DNA of 60,919 nucleotides. Source: Craspedostauros australis. Lineage: Eukaryota. The translations under genes and the position numbers were made by a program. Location: assembly GCA_030167865.1 (NCBI GenBank), contig JALAGF010004255.1, positions 1 through 60,919 of the forward strand, in the 5' to 3' direction. Shown piece after piece: positions 41,458 through 51,997 of this stretch. The stretch's first letter is position 1. Every line of letters begins with the position of its first letter. The notes beneath the pieces are model-generated. The model saw only the letters and a program-made list of their open reading frames with translations. It was not told the origin of the DNA and made no database searches.

Positions 41458-43479
41458 ATGAAACTGCGACGATACAACGCCGTACTCCTCGCGGTCGTGT
41501 TGCAGGCAACGATCTCCTGCGTTGATGCGTTCTGCGTCAACTCCCATGCTGCAGCAACGCGACTCTTCTCCGCCGTCTCCGACACCAACGGCATCGCGCA
41601 ATCCATCATCGACAACCTCGATGCCTCCAAAGCGCAGGAATACACCGAGATGTTCGGATTCGACACGCCCGCCTTCTTTGCCGTGTTTGATGCCATTCGC
41701 AGCAGCGACGATGTGAGGTTGGGATTGCACGGTGCTCCGTTCGTGCTGCGCAACTCGGATGTCGAGACGAAGATGTCGCAAGCCACCTTTGTTGATTACT
41801 TTACCATGAAGGATTTGGAGAAGGCGCTGGAAGATGACTTCCTCGATGCCGCACGTGGATCGACGGATAATCGCAAAGGTTGGACGGTGCGTATGTAGTG
41901 GCGATGTTGCTGTCATTGGTGTTGTTATTGGTGTTGTTATTGTCATTGGTATTGTTGGATTCATTTCATGTGGATGCACGATCATTCTCTGCTTGCCCAA
42001 ATCTCACGCACAATCCTCACCATCCATGCAACTAAGATAATCAAACATACTCGCACGCATAATCCATTGCAATCCAACTTTCTCTGCTATCCTCAGATCA
42101 CCGCCGTTTCCAATCCCCGCGGCGACTCCTTCGAAGAGGCTCGCATGACCTACGACGACGTCCTGGCCGCGATGGAAAAGGGAACGGTCATCTTCAATGC
42201 AGCCGGCGCGCACATACCCAAATTGGCGGCTCCCAGCCTTGCCTGCACGGATGCCACCTGCACGCCCAACGCAATGAACATTTACATCACGGCGGCGGGC
42301 AAGCGCACCAGCGCACCGCCTCACACCGACAAGCAGGACGTCGTCATCATCCAGACGTCGGGCCGCAAGCATTGGAAGGTCTACGCGCCGCCGGATTCCG
42401 TGCAGAATCCCATGGCCGATATGTTCGCGCGCGGTAAGGCCAATGACAATCTGCCGCTGTACGAGTTGGACAAGCAGGGCACGTTATTGTTGGAGACCAC
42501 GCTGAATGAGGGTGATGTCTTGTTCATTCCGGCCGCCTTTCCGCATACCACCAGCACTGTCAACATGAATGACGACGACGACGACGACGATACCACCAGC
42601 ATCCATCTGACGTTCAACATCGACACGCACGTGTGGGATTTGGATTACCTGAGCATCCGACGATTGGCCATGCGCCGCGCCTGCGTCAAGGACACCGCGC
42701 TGGGACAATCGCGCGAAGAAGACAACCGCTACGTCGGCAGGGTCAATCAATTGCCCATGGACGTGCGCAAGGATGTTTTGGAGCAGCTGCCGTTGAACTT
42801 TCTCGATGAAGAGGCGTGCGATGCCGACACGGCGATCGAGCAAGTCACCGCGACCGTGATGGATATCTCGCAACGCATCGATGCGGAAACGGCCGATCTC
42901 GTGAGCCAGGATGTTTGGAGAGAAACCGTGGCGCGCGTGCGAGAACAGGGCATGGAATTGCTGGACATCCATCGCGACATGTACCTCGCCGCGATCGAAG
43001 AGGGACGCGTGCGCGAGGCCGAAGATGCCATGACGGCGCACATCGTGACGCAACAACGCAAGACGATGACGCAGGAACGCATGCAGCGATTGTCGCTGTT
43101 CCGCGTGCAGCGATATTACGAGAAGATCAACGAAGCCAAGGCGTCCATGGTGACATGGTCCTACGAGGGTCAGCCCGCGGATGGCGCCGCCAGCGCGTTG
43201 CCGGAGAATTGGGCCTTCACGATGCCGCTGAAGGTGGGCGATCAGGTCGAGGCCGATTTGGGCGGCGCCTTCTTCCCGGCCACCGTGACGAAAGTCATCG
43301 GAAAGAACGCCGCGTACGATGTTCAGTTCTTCGACGGAGATCAGGAGAGCGGTATGGAACGCGGCATGCTGAAGTTGCTGGCGCCACCCAACCTTGCCGA
43401 AGACGATGAGGACACCTCCAACATGACACCGAAGCAGCTGAAACGCTGGAAGAAGCAGCAGGCCAAGAAGAGCAAGTAG
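41458..43479 (+). CDS. Predicted plastid-targeted JmjC/cupin oxygenase (RIOX/ycfD-like) with C-terminal Tudor-like domain; exons 41458-41886, 42097-43479
   Basis: Signal peptide + VDA|FC presequence; APPHTDKQDVVIIQTSGRKHWKVY...LNEGDVLFIPAAFPH (HxD...H triad); LKVGDQVEADLGGAFFPATVTKV...YDVQFFDGD. Phase-0 intron. Confidence 0.87.
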
Positions 43480-44114
43480 CAAGTGTGGCAGAGTCGAGTC
43501 GAGTAGTGTACTATGTATCGGAATAGTACTGCCTCTGGAGTTCAAGTGGTCTCCCTACATGCACGGACAAGCGTAGGTCGTGGCCGTTCGCATTTTCATT
43601 CACGAGCTCCCGAATCACGATGTTGAGTTCTCGATGGTGTTCGTGTTGTGGGTGAAGAAGCGCAATGTTCTCCGTGATTCTGTTCGAAAATGCGACACCA
43701 AGCGCCGCCTTTCTGGTTTGGGGACAAGGGCGAAAATTCAACCACGGAAGAGCCATTGCGCGCATTCGCCTCCACTGTGTGTTGTGGAGATTCGAGAGTG
43801 ATCATCACACACTCGTTGGTGCGGAATGCTCCCATGAGGTGAGGTATCTGCACAACAAAGCACAAGGCCTTCCTCTCTTTGCTTTCACACACATGTCACC
43901 ACCATCATTGTGACTGTCACTTCCATCTCTCTGCGTCCTCGAATCAATCGACCAGCCATTGCACGAGTCTGGCCTCCAACCAGATCATCAGGTGGTGCCT
44001 CTGCTTCGACCTCTCGGCTTCCACTCCAGCTGCCAAGCAACGATCCGTAACGACACTGCACTCCATAACATTCCACTCCACTATACGCCACGTTGACACT
44101 ATCAACCGCCCAAC

Positions 44115-46575
44115 ATGCCGGAAAACTTCGTGACGCCGACCATCAGCGAGGATGATGGCTACGATCCAGACTCTCCGCAGTTTGCTGCGATGCCAGAGCT
44201 GCACAGCCATCTCATGCGAGCGCACGTCAAGCGCAATCCGTATCGGTACTATTCCGTCATCCGGGTTCTCGGCGAAGGCAGCATGGGACGCGTCGAAGAG
44301 GTGCAGAAGGAGGGCAGCGTGGTGGGTGGATCGGCCAGGACGGCCTTCGTCGAGAACGAGAGGCGGCGGAATCAAGACTGCTGCTTCGTTCTTCCGACTG
44401 CCTTCCTCAAGCTCCTCTCGCCATTCTCCTTCTGTCCGATCAAGCGCCATGACCACTTTCATGACGGCCAAAGTGACAGCAACATATTCAGCAGCAGCGA
44501 TCGGGATCGCAAGCAGCAGCAACAGCATCCTCGCAGTGCCAACGGAGGCAGCAACAGCAACCAACACAAGAGAAACAACTTCCGCAATTCCAGAGACGCG
44601 CACGGTGATTTCAACAAGTTGTCCGTCGCAACCGATGACACCCTCCCTTCCACAGCACGCAGCAGCAGCAAGACCACGTTGGCTCATTCCACGTCGGCTC
44701 ATTCCACGTCCTCCATGATCACGTTCGGCCACAAAAAGGAGGTGGTCTACGCCCTCAAATCCATCCATCTGGACATGGTCAAGAACGATGCCATGCTCAA
44801 GCGAGAGCTCAACAACGAGATATCCATCCTGCGATCCTTGGATCATCCCAACATCGTCAAAGCGATGGAAACGTACGACTACAAGAATCACCTCTTCCTC
44901 GTCCTCGAATTGGCCAGCGGCGGCGACCTCTACACGCGCGATCCCTACACCGAACGGCAGGCCTGCACCTTGATGACGGGTATCGTCGACGCCATTTCCT
45001 ACCTCCATTCACGCAAGATCATCCATCGCGATCTCAAGTTCGAAAACATCATGTTTGCGTCATACGAGTCGGAAGAAATCAAGATCATCGATTTTGGGTT
45101 GTCCAAAAAGTACGCGCAATCGGAGCGGTTGCACGATGCCGTCGGGACGGTGTACACCATGGTGAGTTGTTGTTGTTTCATATGCGCATGTGTGCGTGGG
45201 TCATCTCGTATGACATGACTGCTTGGTCCAGTCTCACTGCAAGCATCCACTCACACAACTCTCTGCATTCGATGGTAGGCTCCGGAAGTCATCATGGGCA
45301 ACTATGCTGAAAAGGTTGACGTGTGGTCCATTGGCGTCATCGCCTTCATGCTGCTTAGTTCCAGTCTGCCTTTCTACGGCAAGACGAGGTAAGTCCCTGT
45401 CGTCTCCTCCTTGTTCTCCAGTCTGGACGAGTCAGCGTGGTTTGCAACAATGTTAGTCTGTGGATGCCGCTTGGGATCTTGCCATGGCAGTTCTCCATTC
45501 TTGCACGTTTGGATCCGCTGACCTTCGTGCATGAACCAACCCACATGTTGCTCAACCCGCATTGTTTCATGCCAATCGCCATCCATGCTACACATGCACG
45601 CAATTGCAACTTGTATTGTATGATAGACAACATGTCATTCGCCGAGTGGTCAAGGGTAGATATTCGTTCGAAGGATACCGATGGAACACCACGTCACTGG
45701 CCGCCAAGCAGTTCATCCACAAGCTGCTCAAACTCAATCCCGCCGACCGCCCCACAGCGATACAGGTCTTGGACTTGCCATGGCTGCAGCAGAATGTGGA
45801 GCACATGCACAAGCGCAGCCGCCGGATGTCGGAATGCTTGGCCTTCGATCGTGTTCAGGCGTCGATACAGAGCTTCGCGGGCTACCGACGACTGAAGAAG
45901 CTGGCCTTGCTCGTCATCGCGCACAAATCGACGGACGAGGAGATAGGATTCCTGCGGCAGATCTTCCGACAGATCGACACCTCCAAGGATAGCGGCATCT
46001 CCATCAACGAATTCAAGGAGGCACTCGCCGATTATCAGTACAGCGACGTCGAACTGGAGCACATGTTCCATGCCATCGATATATACGGAACAGGCGAAAT
46101 TCATTACTCCGAATTCTTGGCCGCCACCATGGAGGCGCACGGTCAGATCGAGGAAGAGCGCATTGCGGAAGCCTTTGATCTCATCGACGCGGACGATTCC
46201 GGATTCATCACGGTGGCGAACCTCAAGGACTTTCTGGGGAAGCAGCTGCCCGATGCTTACCTCAACGCCATCATCGATGAGGTCGACGTCGACCATGACC
46301 ATTGCATTTCGTATGAGGAGTTCTTGGCATTGTGGGACGAGGCGGAGGACATGAAGCTGAGAGAGAACTACCTGTGCGGCGCCAAGAGGCGGCAGGAGTC
46401 CATGGACGCCATGTCCTCATCGGGCAGCTCCGGCAGTCTATCGGAAGAGATGACAGAAAGTGTCAGCGCCCTCAGCAGAGGGAGCATGACGTCGAACGAG
46501 CTCGGCGGTGGTATGTACTTCTTTGATGTCGAAAAGCAGAAGTCCGTTCGGTTGTCGCAACCGCCACAACAGTGA
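44115..46575 (+). CDS. CDPK: Calcium-dependent protein kinase; exons 44115-45161, 45279-45388, 45627-46575
   Basis: [50 protein letters not shown], four EF-hand-like loops. Two GT-AG introns join in frame. Confidence 0.93.
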
Positions 46576-46744
46576 AGCGCCCAACATCTGCAAGAAAGTC
46601 AAGTCAAGATGTTCACAAGTAGAGTACTATAATTGTTTTTGGTGTTCATCATACCATGTTGATTGCAGACAGTATCCCCCTTTCTTTTCTGCTGCAACCG
46701 TTTCCGATGAGACAAGATTGCAGGGCGTTTCTGTTGGAGTCTTA

Positions 46745-49700
46745 TTACACTGCCACCACCATCACGATCGCCGCCATCCATGACATGACACAGCCGAGCA
46801 ACATGGAAGAGGCATGCCCGCCCCGCGTCATTGCTGCGCTGGTTGGGGACGCGGTTGGGGCCGATGTTGACGATGCTTCGGGACTGGCGGATGGTGTCGT
46901 GGAAGGGCCCGCACTGGGTCGGAGAGACGGCGTCTCGCTTGACGGTTCGGTTGGTCTAGCGGAGCCAGTTGGTGTGCCGCTGGGCATGCCTGACGGTTCT
47001 CCGGTGGGAATGTCGAACTCGTCGATCGCCAGCAGCTCGGTCGACTGAGCTGTGGCCAATTCTGGATCGTCGCTGCCTTGCATCGCGGCGGTGTACGATG
47101 CCAAGTCCTCAGGCTTACCGAAGGCGGCAAAGATAAAGTCTTGAGCTGAGAACTGTTCGGCGTCCTCCGCAGAGTCGGCTTGGAATTGGACGGTCGTTTT
47201 GAATCGCACCGTGGTCGACTCCTTCTCGTCTCCACCTTCGAGGCGCCGAGTCACGATAGCCGGCTCATCCGTCGTTGCGTTTGAAGTGAGCAGGCTCACG
47301 ACAACATCCAGGATTTGGAACCTGTCAGTCGTTTCTGCTGGTTGGGACGCGAGAATGTGAACTGCTGTCACGTTCTCCCAGGCTGCAGCCGTAGCGTCGC
47401 TGACTCCCAGTTGCACAGCCGGCACGATTTGGAGGGTGGAATCGATTTGGACAGTATACACAATGTCCGAGATTGCGGTTGGAGTTGCGGAAGCGATGGG
47501 TGCGTGGGTCGGCGCCATGTCCGGAGAGCCTGTGGGGCCATTCATTGCAATGCCATCGATGAAACATGTCTCGAAGTTCCTTTCCATCGCGTCTACACCT
47601 CTTCGCAAGTAGGCGAAGATGGAGTCAGATGGAATGTCTCCTGCGTCTTCCTCACACAAACTATACACGGAGTCCGCCACGATGTTGCGACAGTCAAACC
47701 GTGGCTGAGGGATCCCGTCGGCGCAGTTGGTCATCGTGCAGCTAGTGCAGGGCGCGCCGTCGACGACAACACGGCAGGCCGTGCAGTCCCCCACAATACC
47801 GTTGGAGCCCGGGGAAATGCAATCTTTTTGTTCGATGGTAAACGAGGCGTAGGGTCCGACGACGTTGATGCCTGATGTGGCCGTGATAGTGGTGCGAGAT
47901 TCTGTGATGGCCCCGCTGGTACTGTTGACTGGCACCATCGCAGAGATTTGAGCGCAGTAGGTGTCGTTCGTAAGGATGCCGTTGGCGGGGTCACTTGGGT
48001 GTTCGTTGTTCTGGCAGTATTCGCAGCGATCTTCGCAGTCGATCAAGTATTCTCCGTCAATGACTTGCTGACAAGAATTGGCGGAGCACGTGATGGTCGG
48101 GTCGGGACTGATCTGGTCAACGAAGCCCGTGCAGACTTCCTCAGGTGTGAGTTCAGTACTGGTATCATTGGATGGCATGGAAGTGGGCACCATTGCTGTT
48201 GGCAGCATGGTTGGTAGGATAGTTGGCAGCATGGTTGGTGTCGTGGTCGGAGAGCGTGTGGTGCCATCCGCAAGGCCGTCGACGAAGCATGTGCCGAAAC
48301 CTTGATCTGGACCATCCCCACCTCGCTGAAAGTAGGCAAAGATGGAGTCAGAAGGAACGTTCGACACATCTTCCGGACACAAGCTGAACACGGAGCCCGG
48401 AATGAGATTGCTGCAATCAATCTGTGGCTGCAGATTTCCGTCCGCACATTGGGTCACATTGCAGCTACTGCAGAGTTTGTCATCGACGGAGATGCTGCAC
48501 GTTGCACAATCCCCAACGAGGGCGTCGGTGGCTGGGGACTTGCAGTCACTCTGTGTGATCGTCATGAAGTTGAAGGGTCCGACAACGTTGGTGCCGGATT
48601 TGACCGTCACATTGAAGCTGAAGTCGTCGATGACCCCAGTAGTGCTGTCCACTGGTGTCAAACTGGAGAGCTGACCACAGTAGGTGTCATCTTCCTCAAT
48701 GTTGTTGGCGGGGTCACTTGGGTGTTCGTTGTTCTGGCAGAACTCGCAGCGCTCTTCGCACATGATGAGGTAGTGGCCGTCGATGACTTCCTGGCAAGAA
48801 TTCGGTGAGCAATCGAAGGTTGGGCTGAGGCTCATGAGGCCAGCGAATCCCATGCAGACTTCCTGTGGTGTTGTCGTGTCTGATGGTGCCTTCGTTGGGG
48901 CAGAGGTTGGCATGGAGGTGGGCACCACTGTTGTTGGCACCACTGTTGTTGGCACCACTGTTGTTGGCACCACTGTTGTTGGCACCACTGTTGTTGGCAC
49001 CACTGTTGTGGGCACCATTGTTGTGGGCACCATTGTTGTGGGCACCATTGTTGTGGGCACCATTGTTGTGGGCACCATTGTTGTTGGTAGCATGGTTGGT
49101 GTCGTGGTCGGAGAGCGTGTGGTGCCATCCGCAAGGCCGTCGACGAAGCATGTGCCGAAACCTTGATCTGTACCGTTCCCACCTCGCTGAAAGTAGGCAA
49201 AGATGGAGTCAGACGGGATGCTCGACACATCTTCCGGACACATGCTCAACACGGAGCCCGGAATGAGATTGCTGCAATCAATCTGTGGCTGCAGATTTCC
49301 GTCCGCACATTGGATCACCTTGCAGCCACTGCAGAGTTTGTCATCAACGGAAATGCTGCACGTCGCGCAATCCCCAACGAGGGCGTTGGTGGCTGGGGAC
49401 TTGCAGTCACTCTGTGTGATCGTCATGAAGCTGAAGGGTCCGACGACGTTGGTGCCGGATTTGACCGTCACATTGAAGCTGAAGTCGTCGATGACCCCAG
49501 TAGTGCTGTCCACTGGTGTCAAACTGGAGAGCTGGCCACAGTAGGTGTCATCCTCCTCAATGTTGTTGGCGGGGTCACTTGGGTGTTCATTGTTCTGGCA
49601 GAACTCGCAGCGCTCTTGGCACATGATGAGGTAGTGGCCGTCGATGACTTCCTGGCAAGAATCTGGTGAGCAATCAAAGGTTGGGCTGAGGCTCATGAGG

Positions 49701-50539
49701 CCAGCGAATCCCATGCAGACTTCCTGTGGTGTTGTCGTGTCAGATGGTGCCTTCGTTGGGGCAGAGGTTGGTATGGACGTTGGGATGTTTGGAAAGGAGA
49801 CAGGAGGTGCTGTGATGGATGGAGGCAGCACAAAGGCTGGAGGCTCTGTTGTCTTTTGTGCGACACCGCCAATAAAGCATGTGTCGAAGTTGTTTTCTGG
49901 AGTGATCACGGTTCTCTGCCAGAAGGCGAAGATGCTGTCGGTAGGAACATTCTGAATGACCTCGGGACAAAAGCTGTAGTTGGAGTCCGGAATGAGGTTG
50001 CTGCAGTCAATCAACGGCTGGATACGTCCATCGCTACAGCTGGAAACAGCGCAGCTGTCGCAGAGCTTGTCGTCCAGGAAGGCGACGCAAGTCTCACAAT
50101 CGAGAGCGCTGGAATCTCCGACCGGCGGTTTGCAATCTCGTTGTTCGACAGCCATTGAGGTGAAGGGCCCAACGACGTTGATGCCTGATGTGGCTGTGTT
50201 GATGACGCGAAGTGCTTGGACAGCATCGCTGGTGGCGTTCAACGTCATCAACAGGCTGGATCGTCCACAGTAGGTGTCATCCTTCTCAATGTTGTTGGCG
50301 GGATCGCTTGGGTGTTCATTGTTCTGGCAGTACTCGCACACCTCTTCGCACCGAACGAACAGTTGCCCATTCGCATCTTCCTGGCAGGACGAGGCCGAGC
50401 AGTCGAAGGAGGCGTCGGTGACGATATCCGACAGGAAGAAGTTGCACAAGTCTACTCCAGGTTGTGCATGGGATGAGGTTGCCACGGCGACAATGCCAAC
50501 GGCCATCCACGCAAGCTGCTGAAGGAAAGGCGCAATCAT
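46745..50539 (-). CDS. Secreted, probably GPI-anchored cell-surface protein with four 16-Cys repeats and mucin-like PT linkers
   Basis: Signal peptide (WMAVGIVAVATSSHA); four ~195-aa repeats; PTTMV/PTTVV array; SEA-like region after RRL; PS-rich stalk; hydrophobic C-terminus with no cytosolic tail. Confidence 0.88.
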   Translation of the reverse strand: MIAPFLQQLAWMAVGIVAVATSSHAQPGVDLCNFFLSDIVTDASFDCSASSCQEDANGQLFVRCEEVCEYCQNNEHPSDPANNIEKDDTYCGRSSLLMTLNATSDAVQALRVINTATSGINVVGPFTSMAVEQRDCKPPVGDSSALDCETCVAFLDDKLCDSCAVSSCSDGRIQPLIDCSNLIPDSNYSFCPEVIQNVPTDSIFAFWQRTVITPENNFDTCFIGGVAQKTTEPPAFVLPPSITAPPVSFPNIPTSIPTSAPTKAPSDTTTPQEVCMGFAGLMSLSPTFDCSPDSCQEVIDGHYLIMCQERCEFCQNNEHPSDPANNIEEDDTYCGQLSSLTPVDSTTGVIDDFSFNVTVKSGTNVVGPFSFMTITQSDCKSPATNALVGDCATCSISVDDKLCSGCKVIQCADGNLQPQIDCSNLIPGSVLSMCPEDVSSIPSDSIFAYFQRGGNGTDQGFGTCFVDGLADGTTRSPTTTPTMLPTTMVPTTMVPTTMVPTTMVPTTMVPTTVVPTTVVPTTVVPTTVVPTTVVPTTVVPTSMPTSAPTKAPSDTTTPQEVCMGFAGLMSLSPTFDCSPNSCQEVIDGHYLIMCEERCEFCQNNEHPSDPANNIEEDDTYCGQLSSLTPVDSTTGVIDDFSFNVTVKSGTNVVGPFNFMTITQSDCKSPATDALVGDCATCSISVDDKLCSSCNVTQCADGNLQPQIDCSNLIPGSVFSLCPEDVSNVPSDSIFAYFQRGGDGPDQGFGTCFVDGLADGTTRSPTTTPTMLPTILPTMLPTAMVPTSMPSNDTSTELTPEEVCTGFVDQISPDPTITCSANSCQQVIDGEYLIDCEDRCEYCQNNEHPSDPANGILTNDTYCAQISAMVPVNSTSGAITESRTTITATSGINVVGPYASFTIEQKDCISPGSNGIVGDCTACRVVVDGAPCTSCTMTNCADGIPQPRFDCRNIVADSVYSLCEEDAGDIPSDSIFAYLRRGVDAMERNFETCFIDGIAMNGPTGSPDMAPTHAPIASATPTAISDIVYTVQIDSTLQIVPAVQLGVSDATAAAWENVTAVHILASQPAETTDRFQILDVVVSLLTSNATTDEPAIVTRRLEGGDEKESTTVRFKTTVQFQADSAEDAEQFSAQDFIFAAFGKPEDLASYTAAMQGSDDPELATAQSTELLAIDEFDIPTGEPSGMPSGTPTGSARPTEPSSETPSLRPSAGPSTTPSASPEASSTSAPTASPTSAAMTRGGHASSMLLGCVMSWMAAIVMVVAV
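48228..49771. repeat. Intragenic direct duplication, 861-bp period (48228-48910 vs 49089-49771)
   Basis: Near-identical DNA in both copies; same offset at both ends (atggttggtgtcgtggtcgg... and ...ttcgttggggcagaggttgg). Confidence 0.9.
48919..49089. repeat. 15-bp minisatellite encoding 5x PTTMV + 6x PTTVV
   Basis: ggcaccactgttgtt / ggcaccattgttgtg units. Confidence 0.95.
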
Positions 50540-51538
50540 GGTGCCTGGTGTTCAGAGTTCTTGTGCTGTCTCGCGTTGTGTTGTGTTGTCGTGTTCTGCT
50601 AAGTTCTGTTTGTTACGAGGAGTACTCGAATGTGTGTTGTTCTGACTTGATCCGTTGATTTGCTGTCGATTGATGGTCGGTGACGGACGGATCGAAGGAG
50701 CAAAGATTTGGAATTGTGGAAGAATCGAGGGTTGATTGGAAACGCGCAGCCGAGGTTGTGTGTGAGCAGGACAGGCAGAATTGACGGGCCCTTGGCAATG
50801 ACATCGTCCAGATCCAACAATGTACATGGCAACTCCATTGCTCGCTTCCATCTTTCCATCGTTCCGCTCAGCTCCGCACCGAACCAATTGCCACCAACCA
50901 CATCGACAATCCAGGCGAGGAGAAACACACCAACGCTACCCCATTCGTACGATTAGATTGCACCACTATCAATGAGTGTGCAGAGAGTATTTTAAGTTGT
51001 GTTGCGTGTCATGTCACTCCATCTTGTTGCGCAGCGACTCCATTGTCCAGACTCATTCATTCACTCACTCACTCACCCAATCAATCAATCAATCAATCTC
51101 TCTCAAGTTTCTCTTTTGTGTATCCGACTCCGATGTTCCGAATTGGCGCTTGCCGATTTGTGATGATTTGTGGCGATTTGTGAGGCGTTGAGGTGGACGA
51201 CAACAGAAAGAGAGAAATCCGTTGGAGGGCACGCAACCACTTCGAAAAATATCGCTTTTTCAATTGCTGGCGCGGTTGTCCGTGTGAAGCGCCATTGGAT
51301 CTTGGGTGGCGAGTCCCCCCCATTGAGACTCCGACGTGTCCTTCGACATTTACGGACTCGTAAGCATGGCGGAAAACATCACGAACACGGACACGAACAA
51401 GATTGAAAGAACACGAATGAGGTGAATCACGTTCATGATCTTTGCTCACCTCCGATTTGTTCCATCTCACGATTCAATGCCAACACAAAGAGAAAAATGA
51501 AGGTGAAGACACGAATAGAGAGTGGCTCGTATTGGTGG

Positions 51539-51932
51539 TTACTCGGATCCGGAGGACAATCCGTGCAACTGGACCTTCACCGGAAGCTCAAGGGAGGTTG
51601 TGTGCAGTTCTTCGAGATGGACTTTGATGGGCGCGTTGTCGTAAAGGTAGACTTGTAGTGCGCCACGAGAACTGCCAAGACGGTCGGTGACCATCCAACC
51701 CAGGGCGTCACGCAGCTCTTCGTCAAGGGTTCGGATCTCAGTCCTGACGTCTATCGCAAAATCTTTCTGAATCCAAGAATCCACACCAACGTTCGCTACC
51801 ATCGCAAATGCAATCGGTACGTGGGTAGGCAGGCGGGCAGGCAGGCGGGCAGGCAGGCAGGCAGGCAGGCAGGCAGGCAATATGGAAGAAGTTCGCACCT
51901 TCACAGATGCCGAGTTGGATTTGCTGCGTCAT
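51539..51932 (-). CDS. Possible small two-exon hypothetical protein (96 aa); exons 51932-51899, 51795-51539
   Basis: gccATG context, G|gtgcga donor, 103-nt intron with CCTG repeats, gtag acceptor, in-frame junction. No family recognised. Confidence 0.35.
51826..51879. repeat. (GCAG/GCGG)n tetranucleotide repeat
   Basis: aggcaggcgggcaggcaggcgggcaggcaggcagg... Confidence 0.9.
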
Positions 51933-51997
51933 GGCGGCATTCCGCACATCGCGTCCAACTCCGACTCGCCGGAGAGTGGCAACCAACACCCAGCGGC

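Noticed and set aside
48919..49089. CRISPR-like periodicity
   Set aside because: No spacers; it is an in-frame coding minisatellite in a eukaryotic gene.
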